The notes beneath the pieces were generated by a model. The model did no database searches, was not told where the DNA came from, and saw only the letters and a list, made by a program, of their open reading frames with translations. This document shows positions 13,100 through 26,500 of a stretch of DNA of 64,000 nt, piece by piece. How positions within the stretch are numbered: position 1 is the first letter of the stretch; each line of letters starts with the position of its first letter. The position numbers and the translations under genes were made by a program. Origin of the DNA: Azolla caroliniana (Eukaryota; Plantae; Polypodiophyta); NCBI GenBank assembly GCA_043228905.1, contig JBHGNT010000002.1, positions 22,940,001 to 23,004,000 of the forward strand, written 5' to 3'.

Positions 13100-14570
13100 G
13101 GTGTGTGGATGATGGTCTTTTTCTGGATGTAATCACCTTTGTAACTTTGCCAAAGGCAGGTGGCAATGTAAGAGTGGTTGACAGGCATAGAAAGTCACAA
13201 TGAAATCATGAGTAAGAGGATGTTAAAAGACAATATTGAGCTTGGGAATGCTTTGGTGGACATGTATGCTATATGTATGTGGCAAGCTTGAAGAAACACA
13301 AAAAATAGTCAATGATATTTCAGTTCAAGATGTGGTCTCTTGGATGTATGTTAGGTTGAACTCTGTTAGATACACAAGATGTATTTGATATTCTTTCAAA
13401 CAGAGATGGCTCACCACATAGGATCACATATATTTGCATTCTGAAGGGTTTTGGAAACACTGCATTTAGTGTAAAAGGGGAAAAGATTCATGATGAGAGA
13501 TAAACAAAGGTCTCTTCAAGGAGGAAGATATATTGCTTAACAATGCTTTGGTGATTACATAAGAAGGATTGGAAAAATATCCTTTTCTTGGTATCGTAAA
13601 TATTGTTTTGACAGCCAAATAAAGGGATGGAAAACATAATATAATGTAAAATTTGGGGACATATCCTACTTCCATTAGATGGACCTATTTCCATTGCTGG
13701 GATGCACACCCATTTGACAAACAGAAGAACTCATATGAATTTAGATGGGTGACCCATTTGGAAGTGGACACAATGCGAGTTAACTTGCATGATGATCAAT
13801 ATTATGTGTGTCAGTCCATCAATTGAAGGAAAACTAGAAGAGAAAAACGAATGTTGGAAAAGTGTCGAAGATCATTTCGCTGATTATGAGCAAATTTTAG
13901 AACTGTCTAGAGGAAGTTGGGCTTACTCCTTTCCCAAAATAAAAGAATGTTAGGGTTGATGAAACATGGTCATTTTGGCATGTGTGGGCCATTTGGGTGA
14001 AAAGCCGATGTTGATTAAGGTAAAGAAACCATCCAATAGATGATGCTTGAATATGCATTGTGATTTCTCGGGACCAATGTCTTCACCAAGTCTAGATCCA
14101 ACATTTCTCCTATACAACTGAGTTCATGTACCAGTTGTTGTAGTGAGATCAAAAGTTGCAGTGCAAAATGTAAGTCAATCAAACAAAAGGGAAATTGAAA
14201 AGACACTAGAACTCACACTAGGAAAACCATCCAGCATGATAAAGAAAACAAGAATTAGCATGCTTTGCACACCAGGCAAACAATCAACCTATTTGGGATG
14301 GAGCCAAAGTCTTGCACCCATGTGATGAAATTATCCAGTAAAAATACAGTTTTGCAAGATTGTTATCATCATAAAGACTAGCATCAAGTATTTAAATAGA
14401 ATGATGGTGATATAGATATTGTTTACATGTATAGGGGAGCTTTGAGCATATGCAAATTCATGGTAGTATTTAACAAACTTTCTGTCAAGGAATAGGTCTC
14501 TTGGAATGATCTGATTGCAGGATATGATGAGAATGGGAAATTTGATGAAGTGCTCAATGAAGTCTATCAA
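13100..14570 (+). pseudogene. Fragmented PLS-class pentatricopeptide-repeat (PPR) pseudogene
   Basis: Manual translation gives 'DVITFVTLPKAGGN', 'DNIELGNALVDMYA', 'VQDVVSW', 'RITYICILKGFGN', 'ILLNNALV' and 'VSWNDLIAGYDENGKFDEVL'; multiple frameshifts and stops, interrupted by unrelated DNA at ~13.6-14.3 kb. Confidence 0.75.
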
Positions 14571-17344
14571 ACGATGGATTCATGGCTACCCATTGTCTTA
14601 CACAAGACGGGCTTGGGAAGGATAGTCGCTTCCTTTCCATCAATTTGTATTTTGTAGATGATATGCTTTTTAAAACTAATGGAAGGATATGTTTTTTTCA
14701 AAAAGAAGGAGGTAGGGTGTGTGGATGCAAAAATCAAATGATTAGATGTGCAAATGAACTAAATATCATAAAAGAAGGTGAGTGGAGGTTTTATTAGAGG
14801 ATGAGTGAAATATTGATAAATTGATGCGAGGATAGACAAGTGGGTTCACTTAGGTGGATGTGAGAATAAGAGATTGAAGAAGTGAAATCAAATGAGTGAA
14901 CATATAAATGAGGCGCCAAGCATATGAGAGGAAGTTTGTGCCAGAGGATGAGCAAAGGTGTCATTGAGCATGTGAGAGGATGGGTGAGAGTATGAGCAGT
15001 TGGATGAACGATGTGAATTGGCTTTGATTCACAAGGTCTACATACAAGAAAATAGAAGAACATATTAGACAATTACGCTGACAAAAGAGGCAAGTGGCCA
15101 AAGCACGAGACGATAGGAACACAATGAAGATAAGAGATCTTGAGAGATGGCAAAACAAACAATAACGCGAGACAAATAGGAAGAACGGTTCTACATCCCA
15201 TGACTTAAGTTGATCAACTCGATATCAATTTGAGGAAGGGGGGTGTAAACATTATAGAGATGTAGAATGCATGAGCTACACATGCAATCTCTTAGAACTA
15301 AGTTTGAGGGCTTTACAATTGCACAAAGGTTAGGAAAAACTCAAAATAGACTCTTCAATACATTACAAATATACGATCTCTCTAACCATACAAAACATTG
15401 CAACCTCTCATCCTACACATGCTCAAAATAGTGCAACCGTCCACTACTTGGTGGCTATTACATTTGGGTTTGGAGGGTACTAGCCTCTCGGGGATGATAT
15501 TATTCTATCCACATCTATTTCAATCAATCTTTATATTTCATAGTGATGATTATGACTAATAATAACATCATAGTGTGCATATTCACTAGAACTCATATTG
15601 TGCATATTCCTTCGAGAAACTTAGTAACAAACCTATAAATTTTAGCTTTCAACATACATTGGGATTTGTACTTCATTGGTACTACTACTACCTCGGTATA
15701 AATCTCAACAACCTAGAGAAATGCATTGGATAATTTATTGCAAGTATACACATTAAGGAAAAAGTAAAATCTTTTAGCCATGCTTTAAACATGTTCTGTG
15801 AGACATGTAGATGCACATATTTATAATTCACATGGGGTGATATCATAAAGTAAATTTGACATTAACGATCTTAAAAACATGTAACTACACCAAGGAATAG
15901 ACCACATACTCAAGCCAAAATAACTCAAACAATGAGTCCTTGAGGGTTGACATTTACACGTTAGATTTATCGGTATATATCCCTAGGCATCTTTATGAAG
16001 AATCTTAAACGCCATCATGTATTTTAAAAAAGGAAATGCCATAGAGTTTATGTGTAAGATTGTGTGATGAAATAGTTGTTGTCTTTTGCTTCAAACCCAT
16101 TTAAAGAATATTAGATTTTTAGGGAAAATCTCAAAAGTTAAGACTAGGGCCAATTTTAAAGCACCCTAAAATTGCATGAACTACAAAGACATTGTATATG
16201 TTTATATTGATTAATTATTTCCGCTCCTTTGAATGGGAATCATTAATATAGATAGTAGGCTAATTAATTATATACTTCATCGCAACATTAAATGACTCTT
16301 CTAATCATAGTTAACTGGGATTAACATATTTCCTAATCACCATTAAGTGCACAATCTCTCCTATAATCTTGATTACCATGGTAGATCCTTGCTAAATAAA
16401 TTAATTCTAACTTTATACTTTATATCCTTCGATCCAAGGGCATCTCGGGATAGTTATAACTTATAAACAAAGTTCCCTTGTAGTTACTTTTATAAATTTG
16501 TGAATTTCGCATAAAGAAGATGCCATCTTCTAGAAATCTTATCAATTGTACTAGCTTTTGACCAGTAAACTATGATTGTCAATCCTTCATCACATACTTT
16601 ATAGTGGCACCGACGACAATGTTTTTTCTTAATGGCAAGACAAAATATATGAGTTAATGATAAGACATGCTATGTTCCAAATTAGGGTTCGAAGCCTTTA
16701 TAAATTATGATATTGTCTTATAAAGTATAGGGCATCTAAGTAAGGACAAAACAACAGTTTAAGTATGGAGTTGCAGAAGTTATACACCTAATTTCAATCA
16801 TATTTGAATTTTCATTCATGATTGTCAAGAAAACCTAGGTCGAGTTGAACCCTATGACTTTCAACATGTGGATCTCAAGATATTAATGTATCACATTACA
16901 AGGATTCATATAAGGAAAAAATTTCGACTTGACAAGGATCGATTAATTTTGATACTTGTATCTCAAAACTGGCAAACGACGTTGAAGAAATCTCTAGAAA
17001 GGTTGATCAAATCAGTTTGAGTCACACAAAGTTTTGCGTGATACAATTTGATCTTACCTTTGTTACGCATGGAGGGGAACAATAGCATGGCAAATGGATT
17101 GCTAAAAAAAGAACCAACTTTAGAAATATATTGATATGGTGGATGAGTGATCTATCCATTGTCAAAGGCTACAGATGATGGAGGATTACATAAGGACCCT
17201 AATAGATATCTCCTTCATCTTATGAACTTTTAGGCGTAAAGAGTATCACATTTTCCTCGCAAGCGATAAAGAATACATACCATTACGAAGATAAGATCAG
17301 TGCTTTCTAAGAGCCAATTGACATGAATCAAGGTTATCTAAGAA

Positions 17345-17437
17345 AAAAATTGGTTGAGAAGGATTACTAATCTGTAGAGTGGCATAGTGGAAGTGTAGTG
17401 GGCTCATAACCCATAGGTCCATATATATATATACACA

Positions 17438-17516
<79 letters not shown>

Positions 17517-18270
17517 TCATATGGTAGTCATGAGAACATGGCCAAGTCAGTGCCTCATGGAGTTGAAACCTTATCTTATCCCAACTTGGCCATGTTCTCA
17601 TAACTACAATAATATATATTAGACTAGACCTTAGTTTACACGAACTCGAGAATGTTTTGATGTTCCTATTAAAGCTTAAAACACTATTTATTAATATGGT
17701 TTCAGTTTACACAACTTTAACATTCTTAATCAAGAGCATGAAAACAACCAGTTGAGAGAACATTACTAATTAGAGTGGACCATAACCAATAGGTTCCAAG
17801 ATCAAAACATGGTTCTAATATAATATATACATGTGTGTGTATGCATACATTCTTATTGTTCTTGTGATCGGACAAATGAGGAAGGAGATAAAGTTTCTAT
17901 TTACTCAAAGATGCCACTAGAGTCATACGGGGTTGGAACATGATCTTGCATCAACTTGGTTGTTCTCATGACTACAATAATATACACATTACCAACCTTC
18001 TATGAAGGATTGAATGCAAACACCATTTCTAGGAATGAATAAAAACCATAAAGCTTCCATTTTAACATTTCTAAACATTACCATATACATCAAATCAATT
18101 AGAGTCTTTGTTTATAACAACTGGAGAATGTTTTGATGTTTTTATTAAAACTGAAAATTCTATTTATTAATTTGGTCTTGGTCCAGGCAAGTTTAATGCT
18201 CTTAATCTATAAATGAAAAAATTGGTTGGAAAAACATTACTAATCAAAGTGGCACAATGGAAGTATGCAC
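17345..18270 (+). repeat. Decayed tandem array of tRNA-iMet-containing units, part 1 (tRNA remnants at ~17370-17420, 17769-17820, 18243-18266)
   Basis: AGAGTGGCATAGTGGAAGTGTAGTGGGCTCATAACCCATAGGTCC matches plant tRNA-iMet with transitions only; units share the upstream ...TTGGTTG(A/G)GAA.ATTACTA flank and the spacer GAGAATGTTTTGATGTT..TATTAAA. Confidence 0.8.
17370..17420 (+). pseudogene. tRNA-iMet pseudogene, 3' end replaced by a (TA)n(CA)n microsatellite
   Basis: 45-nt colinear match to the tRNA at 40980, retains CAT anticodon loop (CTCATAA). Confidence 0.8.
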
Positions 18271-18712
18271 AACTACAAGTTTACAAACAAGGCAGTTATT
18301 GACATACCATTTAAAAAAAAAAGAGTGAGACTAAATGTCACTGAAACTATGCTTTAGCAATGTGTACTAAAAGTATGCATCGTTTCAATGCTGAAACGTG
18401 TTGCTAATCGTCATGGTAGTAATTCAGCGATGTGTTTTTAAATTTTTGAAAAAAAGTTATACAATTAAAAGAGGGATCCATAATCCTTCTTCTTTTCCTT
18501 CTTCCCCATCATGGATAATCTAACCAAACATTACCATTGCTCGAGCTCTCCTCTTTTTTTTCCTTCAAAACAATGCTACCCATTAGTTACGAAGAAATAC
18601 TGGAGGTACCATATGTACAAGAGCCAGGCCTCCTATAGAGCATTGTGGCTTCGATTAACTCTAAAAAACGTGAAGCCTAGAATGATCCTTCTCAAAGGGG
18701 AAGACTAAGGGT

Positions 18713-19505
18713 TGTTGCCTCCTCTCTTGGGGAACACACTCTCGGTTACTACTTCCGAGTAATCGGATCAATGTAATTGTGGTAGGAAGGAGGGAAGAGG
18801 TTTTGGGTTGTCCCGTCCGTTGTATACTCAGCCAGATATGGGAGCTAGGGAGGTAACTTGACCATAAAGGTTCCCAAATAACTCTCTATGTGGATACCTG
18901 AACTCGTCTCAATCGCCCATTTACAGATTGATCTTAGAACTTCGTAAGGAATTCAGTAACAAGTATCCCGTTGAATTGGTGGCAATCGATTACATGCTCA
19001 CAATTATACACAAACAATACCCTTTAGAACATAGTTAGACACACAAGATTACCCCACGAGAAAGAATGATATATTAAGAATATACACACAATGACAAGTA
19101 CCCGATCGACTGTAGGTATACGCTCGCTCCCTACAAAGGTTCTCACCTCTCAGTATAATTCTTACCTACAAAAATACTAAACTCTTTCGCCCCCCTTACT
19201 CTCTCAATCACTCGGTATTTATTTATGTAGGTCTCCATGCTTCCTATTTCTAGGAAGCATGGTGTGTTACAATCGTTTCTGTCATTAGGTAGTTTCAACG
19301 CCTTATTTTTCTTTTGGCTGGTTCTACTTTTCTTGTGCTTGGTGACCTGTCCCGTTTTACACCTTAGGTCGTCTTGCATGGTCAACGAGGGCCTTCTATA
19401 GTCCAGGGCCGGTGGGGGAATACCGCATGGGGAAAGTCCTTGGTGGGAAGAGCCATTTCGCCGGGAGATAACACCATTGTATATTGCCACCCTGCAATCG
19501 CAGCA
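18713..19505. mobile_element. Putative LTR-like relic inserted in the tRNA array
   Basis: Imperfect TGTTGC...GCAGCA ends and LTR-like composition; no convincing TSD. Confidence 0.3.
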
Positions 19506-19598
19506 TAGGCGTTCCACTCTCTTGTCAAGATGAAGGTTGCTTGTGCCTTGGATGCAGAGTTTGTTTAGCCTTGAATATCTTCATATCACCCACAACGG

Positions 19599-20685
19599 TG
19601 TCGTGAAGATTTTCGGCAACGGTGTGAAAATTGCATGGAATGTACAAAATCGAGTGTGGTTCTTCACACACGATATGAAACAATAATAGTAAAGATACTA
19701 TTTTAGATTAGTTTAATATCTTGGTATGAAAAGATAGATGTCTTCAAGAGCTTCCGAACGTACTTTACTATATTTGAAACAAACAACTAAATGTCAAGTT
19801 ATGTGAATGTGAAGTTTGAGATGATGAAGAGAAAAACAAAACTATGAGATATCCCACATAGATAGGACAAATCAAGATCCCATAGTATATAAGCAAAGCC
19901 AAAACTTATTACTTTTTGTCTATGTGTGGAGCACAGAATGTTCTTGGGCTAAACTGTGGAGGATCGGACGGACGACGATGAAACCAAAACCGGATTGATG
20001 GACGACGATGACGATGGAACCGGGACCGGCACTAGAACCGGATCAGACCGGATGGACAGATCGATTGGATAAGTTGATCACGACGATTTCGATGTGAAAC
20101 GAACAAAATCATCTAGACTAAAAAACCTAGTAAAAATTTGTATACAAAGGGATGCGCCTCCAAGTTAGGAGACAATAAACTTACCACTAAGCCAAGTCAT
20201 TTCTTTAAAAATATTTTTTCTATCATTATACTTTTACATGTAAATTCTCAGATTAGAGCTTGATTGAGTGACATGGTTATCATGCATCACATGTAATGCA
20301 TGAGCGCCAAATGGCAAACATGCATTGTATGCATGTCTTGTACCCTCACATGCATCATATGCATGGGGGCGTCTACAAAAGAGTGGATGAAAAAGATCAA
20401 AGGGGGCGATGTATGAATCAAGAATTTAATAAGAAGAAAATTCGTTATCCAATTGATGATATATCTTGTTCTTCAAATCTAAAATCAAGAGTTCAATCTT
20501 AATGTCTCTCTCCATTTCAATCTTTCTCAATTTGTTTCAAAATTGGAATCTAAATCTCAATCTCTCTCTCTCAATCTCTCTTAAATCATTTCTCGCTAAA
20601 TCTAGTGCAAACTTCGAATCCTTTCGAACCAGGAACCCGGCGGTTCCGCCTCACGATCCGCACGTAGTGACGAATCTTCACGGCA
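19599..20685 (+). mobile_element. Solo LTR of a Ty3/gypsy family (same family as the 3' LTR at 60735)
   Basis: Ends TGTCGTGAAGATT...AATCTTCACGGCA (13-bp imperfect IR); flanks ACGG/ACAG (4-bp TSD with 1 mismatch); colinear with 60735-61682. Confidence 0.85.
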
Positions 20686-20869
20686 ACAGAAGATGATGAG
20701 ATGATCATGCCATGATCGCCTCTACTAGCGGGTGGGCTTCCCCTCAAAGATCTTGTGGCAAGGGGGCTTCCATATTTGATTGCTAATCATGTAATGATTA
20801 CAAAAATAACATATATACCAACAATCTTCTATGAAATAGAAAATTACCAACATTATTTGTAGAAATAAG

Positions 20870-22566
20870 TAAAAAATGTATAGCTTCCATTTTCAACATT
20901 TGTAAACATTACCCTAGGCATCAAATCCAACTAGAATCTTTTTCTTTTTTTCTTTTTCTAAAACAAAACTTCTTCCATTAGTTATAAAATTTTACAACTA
21001 AGAAGGTTATATACAAATCCCATACGAGACTTGATAGTTCCATATTATATGGAGGCCCATTGACTTAAGAAAGGGAGAGAACAACCATTGTTGGATGAAG
21101 GCGAATTGTTTTCTTTTGGCTCCATCAAATCCCCTTGTGATGCCATCGTATTGACTCTTTAACATGGCTACAACTTCACTCCATATCTCCTACGATATAG
21201 TCGTTTGGTGCATGTTTTGATTGTAGAGTCCATAGTATTATTAGGTTGACCAATTCCAACGTGACTTGAGCTTCGGCATTGATGGGAGTTGAGTGAATAT
21301 TGTCAGTGGTGGAAAACAAGATTTCTTGTGCATTCCAACTAGAATATTTTGTTACACCAACTCGAGAATGTTTTGTTATTTCTATTCAAACCCAAAACAC
21401 TATTTATTAATTTGGTCTTGCATTACTAGCTTTTATGTCTTAATGTAGAATATCAAAGTAATTGGCCGAACAAATGTTACTAATTAGTGTCATGGTGGAA
21501 CCATGTTGGGCCCGTCCGTAACCCACAGGTCCCAAGATTGAAGCTTGGTTATGATTGGACCAATGAGGAAGGAGATAAAGCTTCACTTTACTCAAAGAGT
21601 GACGTTCCCTTCATATGGAGTTGAAGCCTTATCTTACCCCAACTTGGTTGTGTTCACAGAATTACATTAACAATATACTATTCAAAGTGTTGAATCACTA
21701 ACACTATTTTCAGGCATGAATAAAAAACCTAGGGCATAGTGGTTCCACTTTAAACATTTCCTATAAACATTTTCATAGCCATCATACAAACAAGAACCTT
21801 AGCTTACACAAACTCTAGAATGTTTTGATGTTTCTATTAAAATTCAAATGCTATTTAATATTAATTTGGTATTAGCTTACACAACTAGAATGTTCTTGAT
21901 GTAGACAGAAAATGCTTGGGTTTTTGAAAAAACTTTAATAATTAGAGTAATATAGAAGAAGATGGTGAACCAATAACCCATAGGTTCCAAGACTGAAACT
22001 TGGCTCTATATGTATTTATGTATGTATACCTACATTCTTAATGTTCTCATGATTGCACCATGAATGCCATGCATGTCATATGGAGCTTAAACCTCATCTT
22101 ACCCTAACTCAACAATGTTCTTATGAATACAATAATATATAGCCAAAAGTATATAAATTACAAACACCATTTGGAGCAATGGAAAGAAAAACAATGGTTC
22201 CAATTAAACATTTCTAGTAAACATTGCCATGGGCGTTAGGTGAAGGTCAAACACAAGGCTTACTTTACACCAACTTGATAATGTTCAGATGTTTCTATTA
22301 AAAATCAAAATGCTATCTATTAGTTTGGTCTTAGTTTATGTATCTTTAACATTCATGGCCCCGTAACTGTTGGGTCTTAAGATCCAAGTTCTTGTGTATA
22401 TTCTTATTGTTCGCATGATTGAGGCAATGAGGAAGCAGAATTACTCGTTGAAAAAACATTATAAATCAAAATGGCATAGTTGAAGCATGGTAGGCCAATA
22501 ATCCACTAACCCTTGGATTGGAATTTGGTTTTGATATATATATATATATATATATATGTCTACATT
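20870..22566 (+). repeat. Decayed tandem array of tRNA-iMet-containing units, part 2 (remnants at ~21483-21555, 21941-22011, ~22355-22390 partial, 22465-22536)
   Basis: e.g. GGGCCCGTCCGTAACCCACAGGTCCCAAGATTGAAGCTTGG and ATAACCCATAGGTTCCAAGACTGAAACTTGGCTCT; same spacer motifs as 17.3-18.3 kb (ATGAGGAAGGAGATAAAG, TCATATGGAGTTGAA.CCTTATCTTA.CCCAACT). Confidence 0.8.
20938..21333 (-). mobile_element. Short 5'-truncated LINE insertion
   Basis: T-rich tail at left end, 3' motif TAACTAATGG on - strand (shared with LINEs at 29.5 and 35.6 kb), 12-bp TSD TCCAACTAGAAT at 20926 and 21334. Confidence 0.75.
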
Positions 22567-25500
22567 CTTTTTTTCTTTTTCTTTTTAAAGGAAGATGCAC
22601 CTTAGTATATTACTTGAAAAGTCTACATAGAAAAAACAGAAGGAGACATTTCATCTCACTTCTTATTGTAAGATACAAAGCTAGTACATCTAATCAAAGA
22701 GATGATTTCATATATGAACAAGTAGAACAGTACTATCCACTATCCAACATAAAAGTAGGTATGACATAATTCCATTTCAGACCAACAGTTGTATCTGAAA
22801 ATAACTGAAGTCCTTGCCATCGGTTCTTAAAGGCCACTTGTCGTTGTCACAAAACATCATCCAAACCCTGCAGATAATCATATTGACCATGTAGTGTGTG
22901 AACAAACAACATCTAGAATTCAATAAGCATAGTGTTGAGTTGTATGTGGACATTGTTAGAAACAAAATCGCATCTCGCTTTCCATATTATCCAAAGAGCC
23001 AATGACGTAATAGTACGCCAAATGACCAGATTTTTAATTCTGAACTGAGCAATAAAAGAAGGAAACGAGGTGAGAGACATGCGTCCATAAGAAAAATGAA
23101 AAACATGAGAAGCATGCATACTTTCATACCTCATAACCTCTTCGTGAAGGACACCCCACAATACTGCACCCCAAGAGAATATTGAACAAAAGCAGTGTTG
23201 TCTCAACAATAAATACAACTTACTCCAAAATTTCTTGACCTTGGGACAATAACCAAAACACATGCAAAATCGATTCAGTAGGTGCGCCACAATGCAATCC
23301 ACAAGCATATTGTTGATGCTGTCTCAACCAATCACCAACAAGAAGAGCATAATAAATCAACAACCAACGAAAGCAAATGATTTTTTTCGGCAACTACATG
23401 CTCCACAACCATTTCCAAAATTTTGCAAGTTGTAATTCTTGCACATTATTCTTAGACCAGTGCTTCCTGGAAACATGGCATTTATACTTTGATTGCAACA
23501 ACAAATTTCTACCTAGCTTAACCGAATATTGGAAAAACTCCAAATGTTTACCATTTCCACCAAAACTGAGTTTTTTCCATTGATAATCAGCCGGATCCCA
23601 ATCCAAATTATGAAGAGGTTTTTTTTTTGAAAAATCCACAATGAGCAATACAACAAGCTTTCTTGAAAGGGTGGATCCAAAGACCATTTTTTCCCCTATC
23701 TTGTGACTACTTGAATAGCCAAAGTGTTGGCGGACATCCACACATCTAATGCAAAGTATACACGCCACAACCTACCATCATCATCAACATTAATATACAT
23801 AGCATCACCCGTAGCATTAGTTACTTTAGCTCCTAAAATAACTTTTAAAGGAGAAAAATAACCAAACCATATCTGATTACTCGAGGGAGACCATGAAGCC
23901 ATAAATGATCACAATGCCACTTGCATATCATTACACATAATTTAAATGCCTCCTTGAACGAATGCATCGATAAAGATTGTAACGGTCGATTCATAACATG
24001 GCATCCCTGTGAAAGAACATTACATGCAACTGATGCATCCAAAGCAACCCAATTTAGCCTAGGGCGGCTACCAACAAAGAAGAGAAAATTCCTGGTCAAA
24101 GGTTGTCTCAACAAGTTATCCATTGTGGCCTTTTTCGAACCAGAAATTTCTTAACAGCAACCCAACTTATGAGAATTCCATTAAAAAATCTATCTTCTAG
24201 TAAGGATGTTTTAAAGAAATGAAAATTCTAAATATAAGCCCACCTTAATGAGGGTTGCCAAACTCCACCTATTGTCGGGCACATATTAGACAACCTATAC
24301 ATCATTAGCCGACTCCAAATACGTTGCATTGGCAACATAGCTCTACACATAAATTTAGAGAGCAAAGCCTTACATTATGATTCCGGATCCACCAACCCCA
24401 ACCCGCCATTTTGTCTTAGAGCAATCAATACTTCCCAAGCTACTTTAGGCCTTTTATTCTGACCTGTTTTTCCTCCCCAAATGTAATTGTGAATAAGACA
24501 TTGGACCTACAAAATACATGACCTAGCAAACAACGTGGTAGAAGCAATATACCAAATAGTTGTAAGAAGAACTTGATTAGCTACAAGTACACGACCTGCT
24601 AATGATAGGACAACCGAATCCCAAAGCAACAATTTTCTCCTTAACTTTAAAAGTAGAGGAGCAACTAACACATCCGCTTTAGCGTGAAGTCCCACTTGGC
24701 AACCCAAGTAACAAATAGTGATTCCATCAGGAACCCATTTGAATTCCTACGAAGGCATCCAAGTAGGCAATGGATTTGGCAATACCCAAAAACCAAGAGA
24801 TTTATGCCAATCTATCTTTGACCCCGAGGCCAAGCAGAATTCCTCCACCGGTACTTGCAATTTTCTTAAATTATCATCATTACCTTGGACATAAATTGTC
24901 GTATCATCAACAAATTCTGAATCCAACAATTGTTGCTGCATTAAGGACAAAGGCAAACCCTTAAGAGAAACTTGGGAATAATTTAAATACATTGAAAATG
25001 TTTCCACTACTAGCAAAAACAAGTATGGGGCCAATGGGACAACCTTGATGTACAGAACGCGAAATAGAGAATTTTCTAGTTTGCCCACCAGCTACCTAGA
25101 CTGAACTAAAAGCCTCATGATACAAAGAACCCTAATCCATTGGACCGGAAAGCCTAGTCTCAAAAACGAACCTTCCATGAAGTCCCAATTAACTTTGTCA
25201 TATGCCTTCTCAAAATCCAATCTAAGAACTACAAGAACTTATTTATTCTTCGTTGTAATCCCTGTTAACTCCTAAAACAAAAAAACATTATCAAAGATAC
25301 TATGTTTCTGCATAAATCTCGTCTGAGATGCATGCACAATGTCCGAAAGAAAGGGCCACAATCACAAAGCCAACAACTTGACATATATTTTGTAAATTGT
25401 GTTTAATAGAGTAATGGGACTTCAACCCTTAACCTCGTGTGTGACTACATCACCTTTCGGAATGAGGCAAACCAAGCCCTCTTTCCACATTTGTGGCATA

Positions 25501-26500
25501 ATACCTGTATTAAACATTTCTTGAAATGTTGCACGTAAATCGTCAATAATCAAGCCTCAGTACGTAAGGAAAAAATCTCTCCCCATTCCTTCTACTCCCG
25601 GGTAGACATTTGTCCCAATACCTTCGATTGCTTGCAAAATTTCGAGAGGAAAATGGATGGAGAAGTTGATGTGAAATCCGAGATGTTACGTTGACCGAAG
25701 TAGTAGTCCAAACTTTTTGACAGATCTGTACTTCATCATTCCGAATATCTGCTATAACAAAGAGTCATAATAATCGGCTACAATATGCCTCATTTCAATT
25801 CTATCCATTGTGACAGAATCGTCAGATCTCTTTAACTGCACTATTTGGATCTTATTTCTTTTAGGCATAACATTTTTAAAATTTCATTTTGACATGGTGT
25901 CACCTTTTGCACACCATCTTGTTGCAGATGTTTGAAAAGAAAATTGTGCACCTTTTGCTGCAAAGAAGAAATCAACATCATAACATTTTGCAATTTAGAA
26001 TCAATATATTGAGAATGAGGTTGTTTTTCCTGCAAAATTTGAAGAGAAACCAAACCTCTCTTTGCATTCAACAAACCTCTAGTGTAATTACTTTGTTTTA
26101 TCTTAGCTTGCTGTACAAAGAAGTTGGACACTGCAATAAGAGCATTCTGCAATTTCTGACAATTAGAATCTCCAACAACCATTCTCCAAAGTGAAAAAAT
26201 TGAATGTTGCAAAGTCATATCCACAAAAATAAACCTTGGCACATACAATCGGGAAATAGAATTATGGCTATCCATACAAAATTTAAGCAAAACCAGAGCA
26301 TGATTAGAGAACGAAGTGCCAAATACAATACCCACATATCCTCCACGATCCCAAAAAAAAGAATCTGCATAAAACCTATTTATTCTTGACAAATTGAGAG
26401 CAACACTTCTTCGATTGGAATTGTTGCTATGATTACAGTAATTACGAAGGAAATGGAGCTTCACTTTTTTCGCATTTTCAAAGATTGCGATTAACATCAT
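22567..26500 (-). mobile_element. Long decayed L1-type LINE ORF2 (endonuclease end, reverse transcriptase, zf-RVT)
   Basis: ORF fragments 'SRINRFY...FSNHALVLL' (EN end), 'PLAPYLFLLVVE...SEFVDDTTIY' (RT), 'LSLAGRVLVANQVLLTTIWY', 'LWIIWKARC'; T-rich tail at 22567; many stops and frameshifts. Confidence 0.85.

Noticed and set aside
15600-17300. Possible decayed CACTA-like transposase on the - strand (a 'FFKIHD' fragment near 16010)
   Set aside because: Too degenerate to support by eye; no TIR or TSD found; needs tBLASTn
17865-17975. Box C/D snoRNA in the tRNA-array spacer (ATGAGGA...)
   Set aside because: Only a weak box C-like motif and no conserved CTGA box D across copies; not supportable without an Rfam search
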